DNA of 64,000 nucleotides from Eledone cirrhosa (lineage: Eukaryota), in contig OZ024740.1 of NCBI GenBank assembly GCA_964016885.1, positions 26,102,001 through 26,166,000 of the forward strand. Direction: 5' to 3'. Below, one piece after another: positions 1-13,076 of the stretch. The notes beneath the pieces were generated by a model that saw only the letters and a list, made by a program, of their open reading frames with translations, was not told the DNA's origin and searched no databases. Position numbers and translations under genes: made by a program. Numbering within the stretch: the stretch's first letter is position 1; each line of letters opens with the position of its first letter.

Positions 1-799
1 TTTCTCTGTTTGTTTTTCTCGTTTTTTGCTGTTGTTGCTGTGCTGCTTTGGTTTTGTTGTTTGTTTTTTCTTTTTTCTTTTGGGTCTATCTATATATTTT
101 GATGCCTTCCTCTTTGTTAGTAGTAGGAATTCTATAATGTGGAAGTAGCAGCCAGCAGGGAAGTGGGAGACTGGCGGCGTTAGCGATACTGAGACAGTGG
201 TGGTGGTGATGTCGATACCGAGGCAGTGGTGGCGGTGATGTGACCGTATTACTGTAGTGATGGTGCTGTAGCGGAGTCAAGGGGTGGTGGCGGCGGTGCT
301 GGGATAGTGGTGGTAATGATGGCCGTAGTGAGCGGTGGCGGTGAAGGTGAAAATGTGTCGTTATCTGGCTGTTGTGTTTAGTGTACACAGATGATGGGGT
401 GGGTGGTGTATCTAGTTTCTGGTGTTGGTGAGTTTAGCTGTCCTATATAGTGTAGCCAGAGGAGAGGAGGGGAGGGGTTATTCTTCCATTTATAGCCATT
501 TTTTTTTTGGATATACAGTGTACAATACAAAGTTGAATATTTGAATATTTGAGCCTTATAACAATATATTTTCTTTACGTTTTGAGCCTTATAACAATAT
601 ATTTTCTTTACGTTTTGAGCCTTATAACAATATATTTTCTTTACTTTTGGGGGTTTCTTTTTTTTGTTTTTGTTTTTCTCTGTTTGTTTTTCTCGTTTTT
701 TGCTGTTGTTGCTGTGCTGCTTTGGTTTTGTTGTTTGTTTTTTCTTTTTTCTGTTGGGTCTATCTATATATTTTGATGCCTTCCTCTTTGTTAGTAGTA
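1..799. repeat. Copy of ~640-bp unit (1-573), three 33-bp junction repeats (~549-650) and start of another unit copy (633-799)
   Basis: 1-573 is near-identical to ~3495-4095, and 633-799 matches 3453-3642. TTTTCTTTACGTTTTGAGCCTTATAACAATATA is repeated at the junction. Confidence 0.85.
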
Positions 800-801
800 A
801 C

Positions 802-858
<57 letters not shown>

Positions 859-938
859 GTTATTCCTTGAATCTCAGTCATTGATGTTGGTTAACTGGAA
901 AGTCCGTTGGATTGAATACCAAGCCACTACCTGCAGCC

Positions 939-2804
939 TCAGATATTCAGGACGTATCGGAGGGTTCTTGCTGTTCCAAGCAAGCATGCCTTTTGAAGCG
1001 TTCCAAAAAGCGTGAAGGGGCCGATTTTCTTTAACCATCCCTGGAAACTTTTGGAGATAGTCCCCAGTGCGCCTAAGACAATCGGGATCACTTTGACTTC
1101 ATGGCAGTTCCAAATCCTTTTCACCTCCCACTTTAGGTCCTGGTATCGGTTAATTTTCTCCCTCTCCTTCTCTTGCACTCTCGTGTCGAACGGGCAGGCC
1201 ACATCCACAATCAGGCACGATCTTTTTTCTTTGTCCACAACCGCCAGGTCAGGTCTATTGTGTTCCAGTTTTTTGTCCGTCTTTATCCTAAAATCCCACA
1301 GCACCTTCACCTGATTGTTCTCCATCACCGCCTCTGGCCTATGCTCATACCATTTCTCAGAATGTGGTAGATTGTTTACTTTGCACAGGTGCCAGTGGAT
1401 CACCCTGCCCATCACATCGTGTCTCCAGCCCTTATAGTGGGTCTGGGCTAGGTGTTTACACTCGGACGCAATGTGAGCCACAGTCTCCTCTCTCTCTCCA
1501 CAGATCCTGCACAGTGGGCTAGCCTCCTCCTTGTAGATATGGTGCTTCAACCACTTCGTTTTGAGGGCCTGCTCCTGCGCAGCCATTAGCATTCCTTCTG
1601 TAGCCTTTTTGAGGTCTCCTCTTCTCAACCAGTTCCATGTCTGTGGATCTCTAAATTCAGTTTTCTCAAAGAAGGTACTATGAAGGGATTTTCCCTTAAG
1701 GTTGCTCTTCCTCCTTGATGTTATTTCCTCCCTGGACATCCCCTGGCCTACTGTCCCCTCCTTCAGTACAGTTCTGAGCATTGGCTCCTTACTATAGGTC
1801 ACGTATTTGTATAGGTTGTTTTTCTCCATCTGAACACAGTCCTCTATGCTGATAAGACCTCTTCCACCCTCAGATCTCCTTAGGTAGAGTCTATCGACAT
1901 CACTCCTCTTGTGGAACATGTTGTAGATAGTCAATAGCTTCCTAGTCTTCCTATCCATTTCTTTTTGTTCAGCAACATTCCATCTCAGAATTCCCGCACT
2001 GTACCTAATAATAGACACAGCTCGGGAATTTACTGCGCTTATGGCATTTCTGCTGTTCAGATGTGACTTCAATACGCTCCTTACTCTCCGAATGTATTCA
2101 GTTCTTAACAATTCCTTCATTTTTTTGTTCTTTATGCCATCAGCCTCCAGAACGCCCAAATACTGGTATCCTTCCTCAGAGTCAATTTCCTTTATCATCT
2201 CACCTGTTGGTATCTGGATCCCGTTACTTCTGCTCAACCTACCCCTCTTTATCACAATGACTCCACATTTACCAATACCAAACTGCATACATATATCACT
2301 GCTGAAAATACGGACAGTGTCAACAAGCACATCCAACTCCTTCTCACTTTTCCCGAAGAGCTTAAGATCGTCCATGAAGAGGAGGTGATTGATGGTAAGC
2401 TCTCCCCTTCCCAACTTGTATCCTGCTCTCACTTTTCGCAGCATAATGGTCAAGGGCATCAGGGCAAGGTCAAACAACAGAGGGGACAGGCTATCTCCCT
2501 GGAAGATACCTCTCTTGATCTTCACGCTTCCCAAGGATACTCCAGTTGATGTCAACTCTGTCTCCCAGGACCCCATACTCCTGCCTAGCAACTGTCTGAT
2601 GTTATCTGCCACCCTGAAGATCTCCAGGCTTTTGGTGATCCAAGAATGAGGCACCATGTCAAATGCCTTTCTGTAGTCTATCCATCCCATGGCAAGATCA
2701 GTGTGTCTCCTCCTGCAATTCCCCATTACCATCTTATCAATAAGCAACTGGTCCTTTGTACCACGTGACTTCTTTCGGCATCCTTTCTGTTCGTCCGGTA
2801 ACAA
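939..2804 (-). CDS. Reverse transcriptase + CCHC zinc finger + PD-(D/E)xK restriction-like endonuclease (C-terminal part of the R4-type ORF)
   Basis: [90 protein letters not shown]. The frame is uninterrupted for 621 codons. Confidence 0.92.
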   Translation of the reverse strand: MLPDEQKGCRKKSRGTKDQLLIDKMVMGNCRRRHTDLAMGWIDYRKAFDMVPHSWITKSLEIFRVADNIRQLLGRSMGSWETELTSTGVSLGSVKIKRGIFQGDSLSPLLFDLALMPLTIMLRKVRAGYKLGRGELTINHLLFMDDLKLFGKSEKELDVLVDTVRIFSSDICMQFGIGKCGVIVIKRGRLSRSNGIQIPTGEMIKEIDSEEGYQYLGVLEADGIKNKKMKELLRTEYIRRVRSVLKSHLNSRNAISAVNSRAVSIIRYSAGILRWNVAEQKEMDRKTRKLLTIYNMFHKRSDVDRLYLRRSEGGRGLISIEDCVQMEKNNLYKYVTYSKEPMLRTVLKEGTVGQGMSREEITSRRKSNLKGKSLHSTFFEKTEFRDPQTWNWLRRGDLKKATEGMLMAAQEQALKTKWLKHHIYKEEASPLCRICGEREETVAHIASECKHLAQTHYKGWRHDVMGRVIHWHLCKVNNLPHSEKWYEHRPEAVMENNQVKVLWDFRIKTDKKLEHNRPDLAVVDKEKRSCLIVDVACPFDTRVQEKEREKINRYQDLKWEVKRIWNCHEVKVIPIVLGALGTISKSFQGWLKKIGPFTLFGTLQKACLLGTARTLRYVLNI

Positions 2805-2831
2805 GTTGTTTGTGTGGAGGTGATGGTAGAT

Positions 2832-3150
2832 CCAGTTCCAGCTCTCTTATCCACCCATTAGTTCTTATTACCCGAGCCTGCCCGGCCAATTTTTGTTCAT
2901 CTAATTTAAATAAACCAATCTCGTTCCAGATGTTATGCATCCGTCTCCTGTAGCCCCTCTCCTTGGGGTTACTTTTCAGGTAGCATTGCATAACAGTTCT
3001 ATTCAATTCTTTCGTCCAGTTGGTTCTGGCCCCTTTCCTTCTTCTTCTTCCTCCAACATCAGCAGTATTTGGTTGACAGTCAGGTTCCTGCTGCTGAGCC
3101 AGGGGGCACCTGTTGGGTGAGAGTCTGTCACATGACGTTCTAGTCTCCAT
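2832..3150 (-). pseudogene. N-terminal domain of the R4/Dong ORF, fused out of frame to the RT by an internal deletion
   Basis: ATG at 3150. WTKELNRTVMQCY..S.P..RGYRRRM...W...G.F...EQKL..Q.R.I...GW..ELE resembles the R4-type N-terminus. The sequence switches abruptly to [14 protein letters not shown] in another frame at ~2831. Confidence 0.75.
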
Positions 3151-3452
3151 TTCACCGTTATTCGAACTGTTTATGTTCGATATTTAAACACTCTTATCGA
3201 GGATTGGCGAACGTATGTTTACATAGCCATCTGTGGATCCGCCATCCCACTTGGCCCTTGTGTGGCATTATCACCACGCTGTATACGGACACACATAAAC
3301 AAACAAACACACGGGCAGAAAGGGCCCCAAAAATGAATAAGCATAAGTTTCATTGTAATGTAGTATTCGAATGTCTGACTTAGTTTTTGTTTTTTAAGTT
3401 TTACTTTTTCCCCCCTCTTCTCTGTCCGTCCGCCTGCTTCTCTCTTCATTCT

Positions 3453-3515
3453 TATTTTCTTTACGTTTTTGGGGTTTCTTTTTTTGTTTTTGTTTTTCTC
3501 TGTTTGTTTTTCTCG

Positions 3516-3553
<38 letters not shown>

Positions 3554-4095
3554 GCTGTGCTGCTTTGGTTTTGTTGTTTGTTTTTTCTTTTTTCTTTTGA
3601 GTCTATCTATATATTTTGATGCCTTCCTCTTTGTTAGTAGTAGGAATTCTATAATGTGGAAGTGGCAGCCAGCAGAGACTGGCGGCGTTGGCGATACTGA
3701 GACAGTGGTGGTGGTGATGTCGATACCGAGGCAGTGGTGGCGGTGATGCGACCGTATTACTGTAGTGATGGTGCTGTAGCGGTGGCAGCAGCAGTGAAGG
3801 AGTCAAGGGGTGGTGGCGGCGGTGATGGGATAGTGGTGGTAATGATGGCCGTAGTGAGCGGTGGCGGTGAAGGTGAAAATGCTGTTGTGTTTAGTGTACA
3901 CAGATGATGGGGTGGGTGGTGTATCTAGTTTCTGGTGTTGGTGAGTTTAGCTGTCCTATATAGTGTAGCCAGAGGAGAGGAGGGGGGGGGGTTCTTCTTC
4001 TTCCATTTATAGCCATTTTTTTTTTTTTTTTGGATATACAGTGTACAATACAAAGTTGAATATTTGAATATTTGAGCCTTATAACAATATATTTT
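3453..4095. repeat. Complete copy of the ~640-bp unit
   Basis: Direct repeat of 633-799 plus 1-573. A (TTA)n tract follows at ~4243-4308. Confidence 0.85.
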
Positions 4096-4243
4096 GGGTC
4101 CGAATTTTTTGGGGCTCAAGCCGGGTGCTTTACGTAGCATTTGTACTAAGAGTTGTTATTTCACAAATGATTTAAATATGTTAAAAATTCAAAACTTACG
4201 GGAGCGATTTCATGACCTCCGTCACCTCGTGCGTCTTCTTCCC

Positions 4244-4299
<56 letters not shown>

Positions 4300-4580
4300 G
4301 TTATTATTCTCTACATTCCTTACATCAAACTAAAATATGTTGACAATCTTTTAATAAGGTCTTCCTTGTGAAATTTGTGGTCTTGTTTCGCTTAACTAAT
4401 GAATATTTTCAGCTTTGCCCCCTAACTTCTGCATGAACCCAGCCACCTAGCTGCTTTCTACTGCATATTGCACATTGAGCACATGCCTTTACGCTTTGGC
4501 TTCTAACTAATTCACCAATCGCTCCTTTCATATCTCCTCTCCAATCTCTATCTCTCCCTTTAAGATTGGTTACTCTTGAA

Positions 4581-4631
<51 letters not shown>

Positions 4632-4635
<4 letters not shown>

Positions 4636-5167
4636 GATAAATCTACCAAGAGTTTACGGTAGTGTCCAATCCGTATGAAGAACTCAATGTATTCCGGATA
4701 TCATGGAAAGAAGAGATGCAATGAAAAACGACTTTCGGTGAAAGATAAACGGTATACAGAGTCAAGATAAAATATTAAACAAATAATGAACAAACAATTC
4801 CTTATATTAAACAAAAAAAGTTCATTATTTAACGATCGTTTCTAGGATATATATGTGTTATAATTGGTATGCATATTCAACAGATCTATGTACAAAATTA
4901 TACAAAATTATACAAATTATCAAGATTAAATATACATACCAAACACATATATACGCCGTCTTCAGAAATAATTATTTCTGAAGACGGCGTATATATGTGT
5001 TTGGTATGTATATTTAATCTTGATAATTTGTATAATTTTGTATAATTTTGTACATAGATCTGTTGAATATGCATACCAATTATAACACATATATATCCTA
5101 GAAACGATCGTTAAATAATGAACTTTTTTTGTTTAATATAAGGAATTGTTTGTTCATTATTTGTTTA

Positions 5168-5176
<9 letters not shown>
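4632..5176 (-). mobile_element. Penelope-like terminus in (TA)n with a 410-bp spacerless palindrome (4767-5176)
   Basis: Perfect inverted repeat centred on CAGAAATAA|TTATTTCTG (4971/4972). Each arm carries a hammerhead. The unique tail is 4632-4766, and (TA)n lies on both sides. Confidence 0.75.
4971..5119 (+). ncRNA. Type I hammerhead ribozyme with long helix II (mirror copy on - strand at 4824-4972)
   Basis: ATTATTT-CTGAAGA-[~115-nt hairpin: TATATATGTGTT/AACACATATATA, TTGGTATGTATATT/AATATGCATACCAA]-GAAA-CGATCG-TT-AAATAAT. Confidence 0.75.
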
Positions 5177-5210
<34 letters not shown>

Positions 5211-5235
5211 CTTTAAGCTTATATATATATATATT

Positions 5236-5267
<32 letters not shown>

Positions 5268-5413
5268 ATATATATATAGAAAGAACCAAATAAATATATA
5301 TATTTAAAAAAAAATAAGACTCCAGTTGCATTTTCGATTTCATCTCTTTTTCTTTATACTTTCACTCGTGTAGGACACCTCGGTTATTTTTCATTTTGTA
5401 AAAAAAACCTCAC

Positions 5414-5500
<87 letters not shown>

Positions 5501-5503
<3 letters not shown>

Positions 5504-5686
5504 AAATGGAAAAAGACGAGTATTGACTCCCATGTACGTCAATATTCACTTTTTTTCATTTCTCCGTGGGTCCTTAAATCCACTATCAGGCTAAATAATT
5601 TCTTTAATTTCTTTAGTCAAAATACGGCGATAGCTTACATTTATATTAATTTCAAGCCCGCTCGCTGCTTCGAAAATGTTCTTACT

Positions 5687-5746
<60 letters not shown>

Positions 5747-5929
5747 AAATGGAAAAAGACGAGTATTGACTCCCATGTACGTCAATATTCACTTTTTTTC
5801 ATTTCTCCGTGGGTCCTTAAATCCACTATCAGGCTAAATAATTTCTTTAATTTCTTTAGTCAAAATACGGCGATAGCTTACATTTATATTAATTTCAAGC
5901 CCGCTCGCTGTTTCGAAAATATTCTTACT

Positions 5930-5931
<2 letters not shown>
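5501..5931 (+). repeat. Two tandem ~190-bp inserts separated by (TA)n; probable Penelope-like tails with a 5' fold-back
   Basis: 5501-5689 and 5743-5931 differ at ~2 positions. Each starts with the imperfect hairpin GAAATGGAAAAAG..TATTGAC/GTCAATA..CTTTTTTTCATTTC. Confidence 0.7.
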
Positions 5932-5975
<44 letters not shown>

Positions 5976-7299
5976 CTTTACTATGAAAACAAGACAATCC
6001 ACATAAACTCTCCCTCTCTCTGGTTACTCGACTTACTATATAAGGGTTCATTGCATAATATATTTTAGTGTATATACTTTTGTTGAAAACAGGACACTGA
6101 TCACCATGATTGAACGTTGGCTTGTGGCTAAACAGCAACTGCTTTACAGAGTTAATATAATGAACCTTGAGGCTAACATATTGATAGAATTCATTTAGTC
6201 GATTGAAAAAATACTATCAATGTCTGCTATGTGGTATCTTGGCCAGATTCTTTTATCTTAGTTTCGATAGACAGAAACTGAATGATTACTTCACGACTGA
6301 ATTATAATTCAAAGAACTAACAAATAATGGAGCGTTGCAACTTCTACAACGTCGGAATCAAATGAAACCAGTCACCAACAAAGGTTTAATTAGCTAAGTA
6401 AATGGTTTAAGGTTATTCCACAAGACACCCAATAAAAGAGAAAACGAAATAGGTACACGAATGTAATACATATCTATACAACATGCTTGATTTACAATTA
6501 TATTATAATCCCCTGACCCACTCTGAAATTAATACAAATATTTAAAAACTCTCAATGATTAATATTTGAAAAGAAATTAACGTTGATCTGAAAGTTGCTT
6601 CCGATCTCAATATAAAAAATAATATAATAAAAAAGAAAGCACAACCTACAAACAAAATACAGACAACAAAATTGTAAACAATAATGACAAAAGAATAACA
6701 ATGATATAATACAAACAAGACACAGTGAACAACAGACAACAAAGCTAACACCATAACAGTTACAATGAAATGAATATTCCTAAATAGAACTCAGAACACA
6801 AAAGAAAATATGAATAAAGAAATATGTAAGGAATATATAAAGACAGGATATTTTAAAGTTTGACATAATAAAACAAAAAAACTAAGAGCGATATAATTGA
6901 AAAAAAGAAAATTCGATTGAATAACTTCTTAAGGACCAACCGAAATGCCTCCCGTGTTTAAAAGTTAAAGATCAAATAATAACGATATTGAAATACGTAA
7001 CACATAAATATCATGCAACTGGACATGGACTTCTATATCATCTGGATAAACCAACTAATATATGTAACATTAATAGTAGATACTTTGAAATGTAGCTAGA
7101 TCATTAGATCTATTCATAGTGGAAGATCAAAAACACACGCAAACAACCGAGAAAACAACTACAGAAAATTATATAAAGTAATGAAAAATATTTCTCAAAC
7201 TATAATGAAATCAATAGCAAAAACAAATTAACACAAAGAAAAATAAACAATAGAAAATACTACAGAATTATGTCTTGGTAAAAGTGACATAACCAAAAT

Positions 7300-10200
7300 C
7301 AAAGACGACCCGAAAGAAGAAATCGTCACTAAATTGCAAAGATATCATTGACGAGAAATACAACAGCCACTCTTTGACAAAATCGAAATCAGTGTGGCTC
7401 TAACGTAAATCGATTCAACCAAAGACGAGGATAAGATAAAATAAAAATCAATGCAACACAAACAGGAAGAGTGATAGAAGAATTTCGGGGATTATATACA
7501 GTTAAGAAACGATCACGAAAGAAAAGTTTCAAATCACAACAGAAACAACTGAACATCATTGAGTTCTATAAACCCAGGAAGTGGCTCAGATGCTGTTCAA
7601 ACTCAGCCATTAGAAGACACCAGAAAAGGATAAAAAATTTTATTATAATATTTAAAGTACACGCAAAAATATTGTTATCAACATTTAAAGGTCTCCTGAA
7701 AATCCGTAAGACACACCTCAATTAAACCATGATGGATAAAAGGTCTGAACCCGCCAAGATTTTAAAAAAATCAAGAAACTATATCTTTAGAACTACCGCC
7801 CGTCTATCTACAGCTTAACTGCGATAATTTGATAGGGTATAAACTAAAATTGAAATCAGACCGATACATTTCCAGACGATATGGTGTAATATAATAAAGA
7901 TACATATAGCGGAATAGATAAATTACAGATTAAATAAAGGTAATAATTAAAGGTAATGTGAAGCAGAGGAAAGACGATAGGTGTGTGACTGTTATATATT
8001 GGCTACAAGAAGGGTTTTGACAGTGTTTACATACTGTGGATTAAGGAAGTTTTAACCATGAACAATGTTGTAGAAATTGCAAGTAGGAGTGCCAACAATT
8101 TTGCGGATATAGAACAAATATATTTTGAATAAATTAAAAGAATTATAAAAAAGATACCATCTATATTAGAAGAGATATAACCCAGAGTGACATCCATTTC
8201 CGCCCCGTTTCTGCTGAGATGTAACACCCATAATAAATATGATATATCATCTAGATATAGATACAAACATCATGGAGGTATAACCATAATTTGATTATGA
8301 ACTAACTAACCCATACGGTAAAATTATATAAACATTTCGAAAACGTGCATCAGAGATTTAACTGAAATACTGGAGGACATGATATGGAATCTGGCTGAAA
8401 AAATGTGCTTTGGCAAACCTAAAGAGAGGAAAACACTAATTTCATGATATATATAAAAGCCATAATACAACTATATAAAACCCAATCTGAGAGGAACCTA
8501 GTGATCAATGGACAAGACAGCATACAAGATACACAAATGAAAGAAAGTGTTTGGATGGAATATTATGGACACGTTAAATCATTTCTGAATGAAACATATT
8601 ATATTCAACCTGATTGCAAGGAGATCGGAGACTTTGTGACAAGGAAACTATTATAAAGTATTTACTCTAGACATATACTAATAGTTGTGATAAAAAATAA
8701 TGAAAAACCTTTAAATAGTCCGAGAAAATGCCTCCCTAAAAAATAATATATATATGTTTCATACATTAAAGTAAATCACGAATATATATAAAAAGAAATC
8801 AAGTCAAGAATAGAACTGTTAAAATATGAAACAGAAAACTAGGTGATAATATATCTCTAAAATGAGGGATGAACAACAATAACACCAAACGTGACATCAC
8901 CACCAAAATCATATTAAAGTAATGATACAAATATTGAGATAAGGGAAATATAAAAAAGGATGACAATGATGACAACAACTTCGATCATTAATACAATGAT
9001 TAATTAGAACGAATGCACTAATTTCTTACTCAGGACATTTAAACTAATTGGCTACTACAATATTCCTGGTAAGCATGGATATCTCTCGACTGGAAGGATC
9101 CAGGAATACATTCTGCGGGCCATGTCAACTTTGCTGTTTATATGTATGGCCCAGCTTATGTTGTTGTCCACAATTACACCCAAGTCTCTGAGGTTGTTGG
9201 ATGCCACGAGATTTTCACCTGGAGGAAGCGAGTCTAGCAGTTTCAGGGCATCTTCTTTTCCAAAGTTGCTTAACTCAAATGTATCCTCGTTCAACAGCAT
9301 ATTTTTCTTTTCCACCCATTGGCGAACAGCCAGTAGGTCTGATTGAAGGCATGTCCGGTCACCCACATCATTGATGACCCTTTGGAGCTTGGAATCATCT
9401 GCGAAGATTCTGTTGCTGTGCTTGATGATGTCAGTAATATCATTAATGTAGATGATAAAAAATGTGGGCCCAGCACAGTGCGTTGCGGGACACCACTGCT
9501 GACTTTGGCTGGGCTTGATTTTACTCCTTCGATTACAACATGTTGGGTTCTGCCTGTCAGGAAACACTTAATCCACTGTAGTAACTTTCCAGAGACACCA
9601 AGCTGGGTAGATTTTTTAATAGAATCTTATGATCAACCCTGTCAAAGACCTTGCTGAAATAAAGGTAGATGACATCCGTGTTGGAGCCCCCTCCCAAAGC
9701 TGTGTTAGGCAATCCCTTCCATTATAGAATCCATATTGTTTGGAGTTCAGCAGATTGTTTCTTTCAAGAAAGTGAGTTATTCGTGATCTCACCACCCTCT
9801 AAAATACCTTGATGATAAAGGAGGTGAGTGAGATCGGACGGTAGTTCACTGCAAGGGATTGTTTCCCTTTTTGAAAACTGGGACAACAGACTGGGATAGT
9901 AAGTTTTCTGGTATATATCCAGCCTCCTGTGAGTTTCCCCACAGATTAGCAAGAGGAGATGCAAGTTAGTGTCGACACACCTTCAGGACACGAGCAGGGA
10001 ACCTATCAAGGCCTACTGCTGAATTGTGTCTAATTCCATTTATTGCCGCTAAGACATCAAGGGCGCCAAAAGTTATGTCTGATATACTGGGATCAACATC
10101 ACTGATACAGCCCAGATCGGCCATATCAGGATTGCTGAAAACAGAGAAGTGTTGTTTCTGAAGTATCTCACCATATATACTTTAGGAATTTTAAAATAAT

Positions 10201-10450
10201 TGATAAACATTTAATAACGACTGTTTAGAATAACGAAATATTTAAATATAGCAATGAGAAGATGGTTGACGAAGTTAACATACATAGTTATCGATGGTTA
10301 TTAAATGGCATACCGTTGAATTGATATTTCAACATCAGCAGATAAACGAAATAGAGAAGTTCAGAATGAATATTTTCACAGTTTTAGAGTCTGGGATGAA
10401 TGGAAGAGATTGTGTCAAGATAGCAGTAACTAAGAAAAATAAAATAAAAA
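7300..10450 (+). pseudogene. Highly decayed R4-type LINE RT, interrupted by a CR1 fragment
   Basis: Frame remnants in order: NYRP (~7791), YKKGFDSVYILWIKEVL (~8003), ERDITQSD, KCALANLKRGK (~8400); SYRWLLNG (~10286) follows the CR1 insertion. Many stops and frameshifts. Confidence 0.6.
9055..10172 (-). mobile_element. CR1-clade LINE RT fragment (degenerate)
   Basis: GPTFFIIYINDI, IFADDSKL, LQSDL....QW, LRDLGVIVDNNISW..HI; upstream VIYLYFSKVFDRVDH. Confidence 0.85.
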
Positions 10451-11563
10451 CATAGGATCGGTTGCTGGGGAATCATTTTCAAAATTTTCACTATTCATGC
10501 TGATGATCTAATCTGATTGATTACAAAAGTCATACAATACACACGTTCAGAAAAGGTACTTTCGTTTTCCAGGTATTTTTTCATCACCATTGTCAGAGTT
10601 ATGCGATAAATTAATAGATTTATCGAATATGTATGATAAATTATGGTTAATAATAAAAGGCAGAAGTAAAAAGCAATCCGTTTGAAAAAATGGTAAATTT
10701 CCAAACCTCAGTTAAGGAAAAATGCATAACAACATTATTTACTTAAATGGGCATGCATACACACATACATAGATACTTATATACTTATATACATATATGT
10801 ACGCCCAAACACATAAACACACACATTCACACAAACACAGGCCCGCACATATACATGTATACATGTATGCATATATAAATAAATAAAAATAAATAAATAT
10901 ATATATATGTATAGATATATATACATACATACATATATGTATAGATATATATATGTATATATATATATATAAATACACACGGACGCGCAAAAACACACAC
11001 ACACAGATATACATATATATATACATATATATATAACACGACATGAAACGTATTATTCATATATTTCTAAATATATTGCACGCTAAGATATTTTGAATAT
11101 CGATAACGTTCTTTCTGTGTTTATGTGGGATTTAAATAACAAAAAGTAACATCACAACATGGATGATGGTAGGGGATATACAAAGAAGGCTACATGCTGT
11201 AAAAGACAATGAAAACAGTCTTAAATATGCGAATAAAATACAGCCTGAAATAAAGGTGTGAATGCTGAATAAAAGAAACTCAAGAAAGAATTATCATGGA
11301 ATTTACATACAATTTTCATGCAGAATATGGAAATACATTGAAAATATATAGAAATATATTTTGAAAAATATTCGAAAATCGAATAAAATGTATTGAAAAA
11401 GAATAGGAAGAAAATATAGTTAAAAAATAACCGCTGAAAATTCTTGTTATTCTGTCTTTTCTCTTTCCTAAGATAACTACTTTTCATTGTCATGACTTTT
11501 CTTATAGGTGTTACAACGTGCTTTTTTATGTTCTTCGTTTTAGACACCATTATGCTGTTGTAT

Positions 11564-11641
<78 letters not shown>

Positions 11642-11753
11642 TCATATATTCATATATATACCTGTATATATATATATATATATATACAGGTATATATATG
11701 AATATATGAATATACATATAAATATATATGTATATATATATATATATATATAA

Positions 11754-11800
<47 letters not shown>

Positions 11801-11802
<2 letters not shown>

Positions 11803-11962
11803 ACAAAGGAAATGTGGTAAGGAACTCAATATTTAGGGTACTAGAGTGGGAAATAGGAAAAAGTATTACCCCGACGGCAGAGCTCAAGCCGTTTCGACGG
11901 CTATTTCTGGAAATAAGCTTCGAAACGGCTTCTACTCTGCCATCGGGGTCATACTTTTTCCT
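11801..11962 (-). mobile_element. Family B Penelope-like terminus with fold-back
   Basis: Homologous to 37269-37508, 38480-38671, 45780-45981 and 47381-47524. Flanked by microsatellite. Confidence 0.75.
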
Positions 11963-11963
11963 A

Positions 11964-12025
<62 letters not shown>

Positions 12026-12152
12026 TATATATGTATATATATATATATATTACTGTTGGCTTCTTGCTACAATACTTTCTATACCTTTCATTTATATATA
12101 TTAATATATATATATGTATCTATATGTATCTATATATCTATCTATCTATCTA

Positions 12153-12208
<56 letters not shown>

Positions 12209-12302
12209 TTATCTATATATGTATATAATTATCTCATTCACTTCTCACTCCCTCTTCTTTCTCTTTCTCCCCCCCCCCACTCATCCCTTTCCCTTTTCTG
12301 TC

Positions 12303-12391
<89 letters not shown>

Positions 12392-12698
12392 TACTTTGGT
12401 TTTCTAAAATTTCACGTCTGGTGTTTGATAAGAACCAGTTTTTTCCATATTTCCCAGAATACAGATGATATTATCTTGCCCCCCCCCCCCCCCACCTGCT
12501 TTCCTTTTTATTCCATATCTTCTGAGTGTGTTCCAATGTTTATGTAAGATTTTTCTGTTCCATTTTCGCTTCACCATTCTATTCCTTTATGGCTTTTACA
12601 CTGTTTTATATTTTGCTTATTCCCACACAGATGTAGTCAGGCACATATACATACATATACACATACATAAACCGATGCACATGCAACTACACTCTATA

Positions 12699-12756
<58 letters not shown>

Positions 12757-13036
12757 ATATATATATATATGAGAGAGAGAAAGAAAAAAGAGGGAGAAAT
12801 ATATACATATATACATATATATATATACACACTCTATAGTGTATATATATATATGAGAGAGAGAAAGAGAAGGAGAGGGAGAAATATATACAGACTTACA
12901 TACATATATAATTATATATACAGAGAGAGATAGAGAGAGAGAGAAAGCTAGAGAAAGAAAAGAGAGAGAGTGAGAGTGAGAAAGGGAGAAAGAGAGAGTG
13001 TGAGAGTGAGAAAGGGAGAAAGAGAGAGTGATATAG

Positions 13037-13076
<40 letters not shown>

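Larger units (their letters stand above)
800..3300 (-). mobile_element. R4/Dong-clade non-LTR retrotransposon (RT + RLE), internally deleted, with (TAA)n tail
   Basis: ORF motifs listed in the next two features. A short 3' UTR is followed by (TAA)n at ~803-862. The 5' boundary is uncertain. Confidence 0.9.

Noticed and set aside
3150-3300. HDV-like ribozyme at the R4 5' end
   Set aside because: It would be expected for the clade, but no convincing nested pseudoknot could be built by eye.
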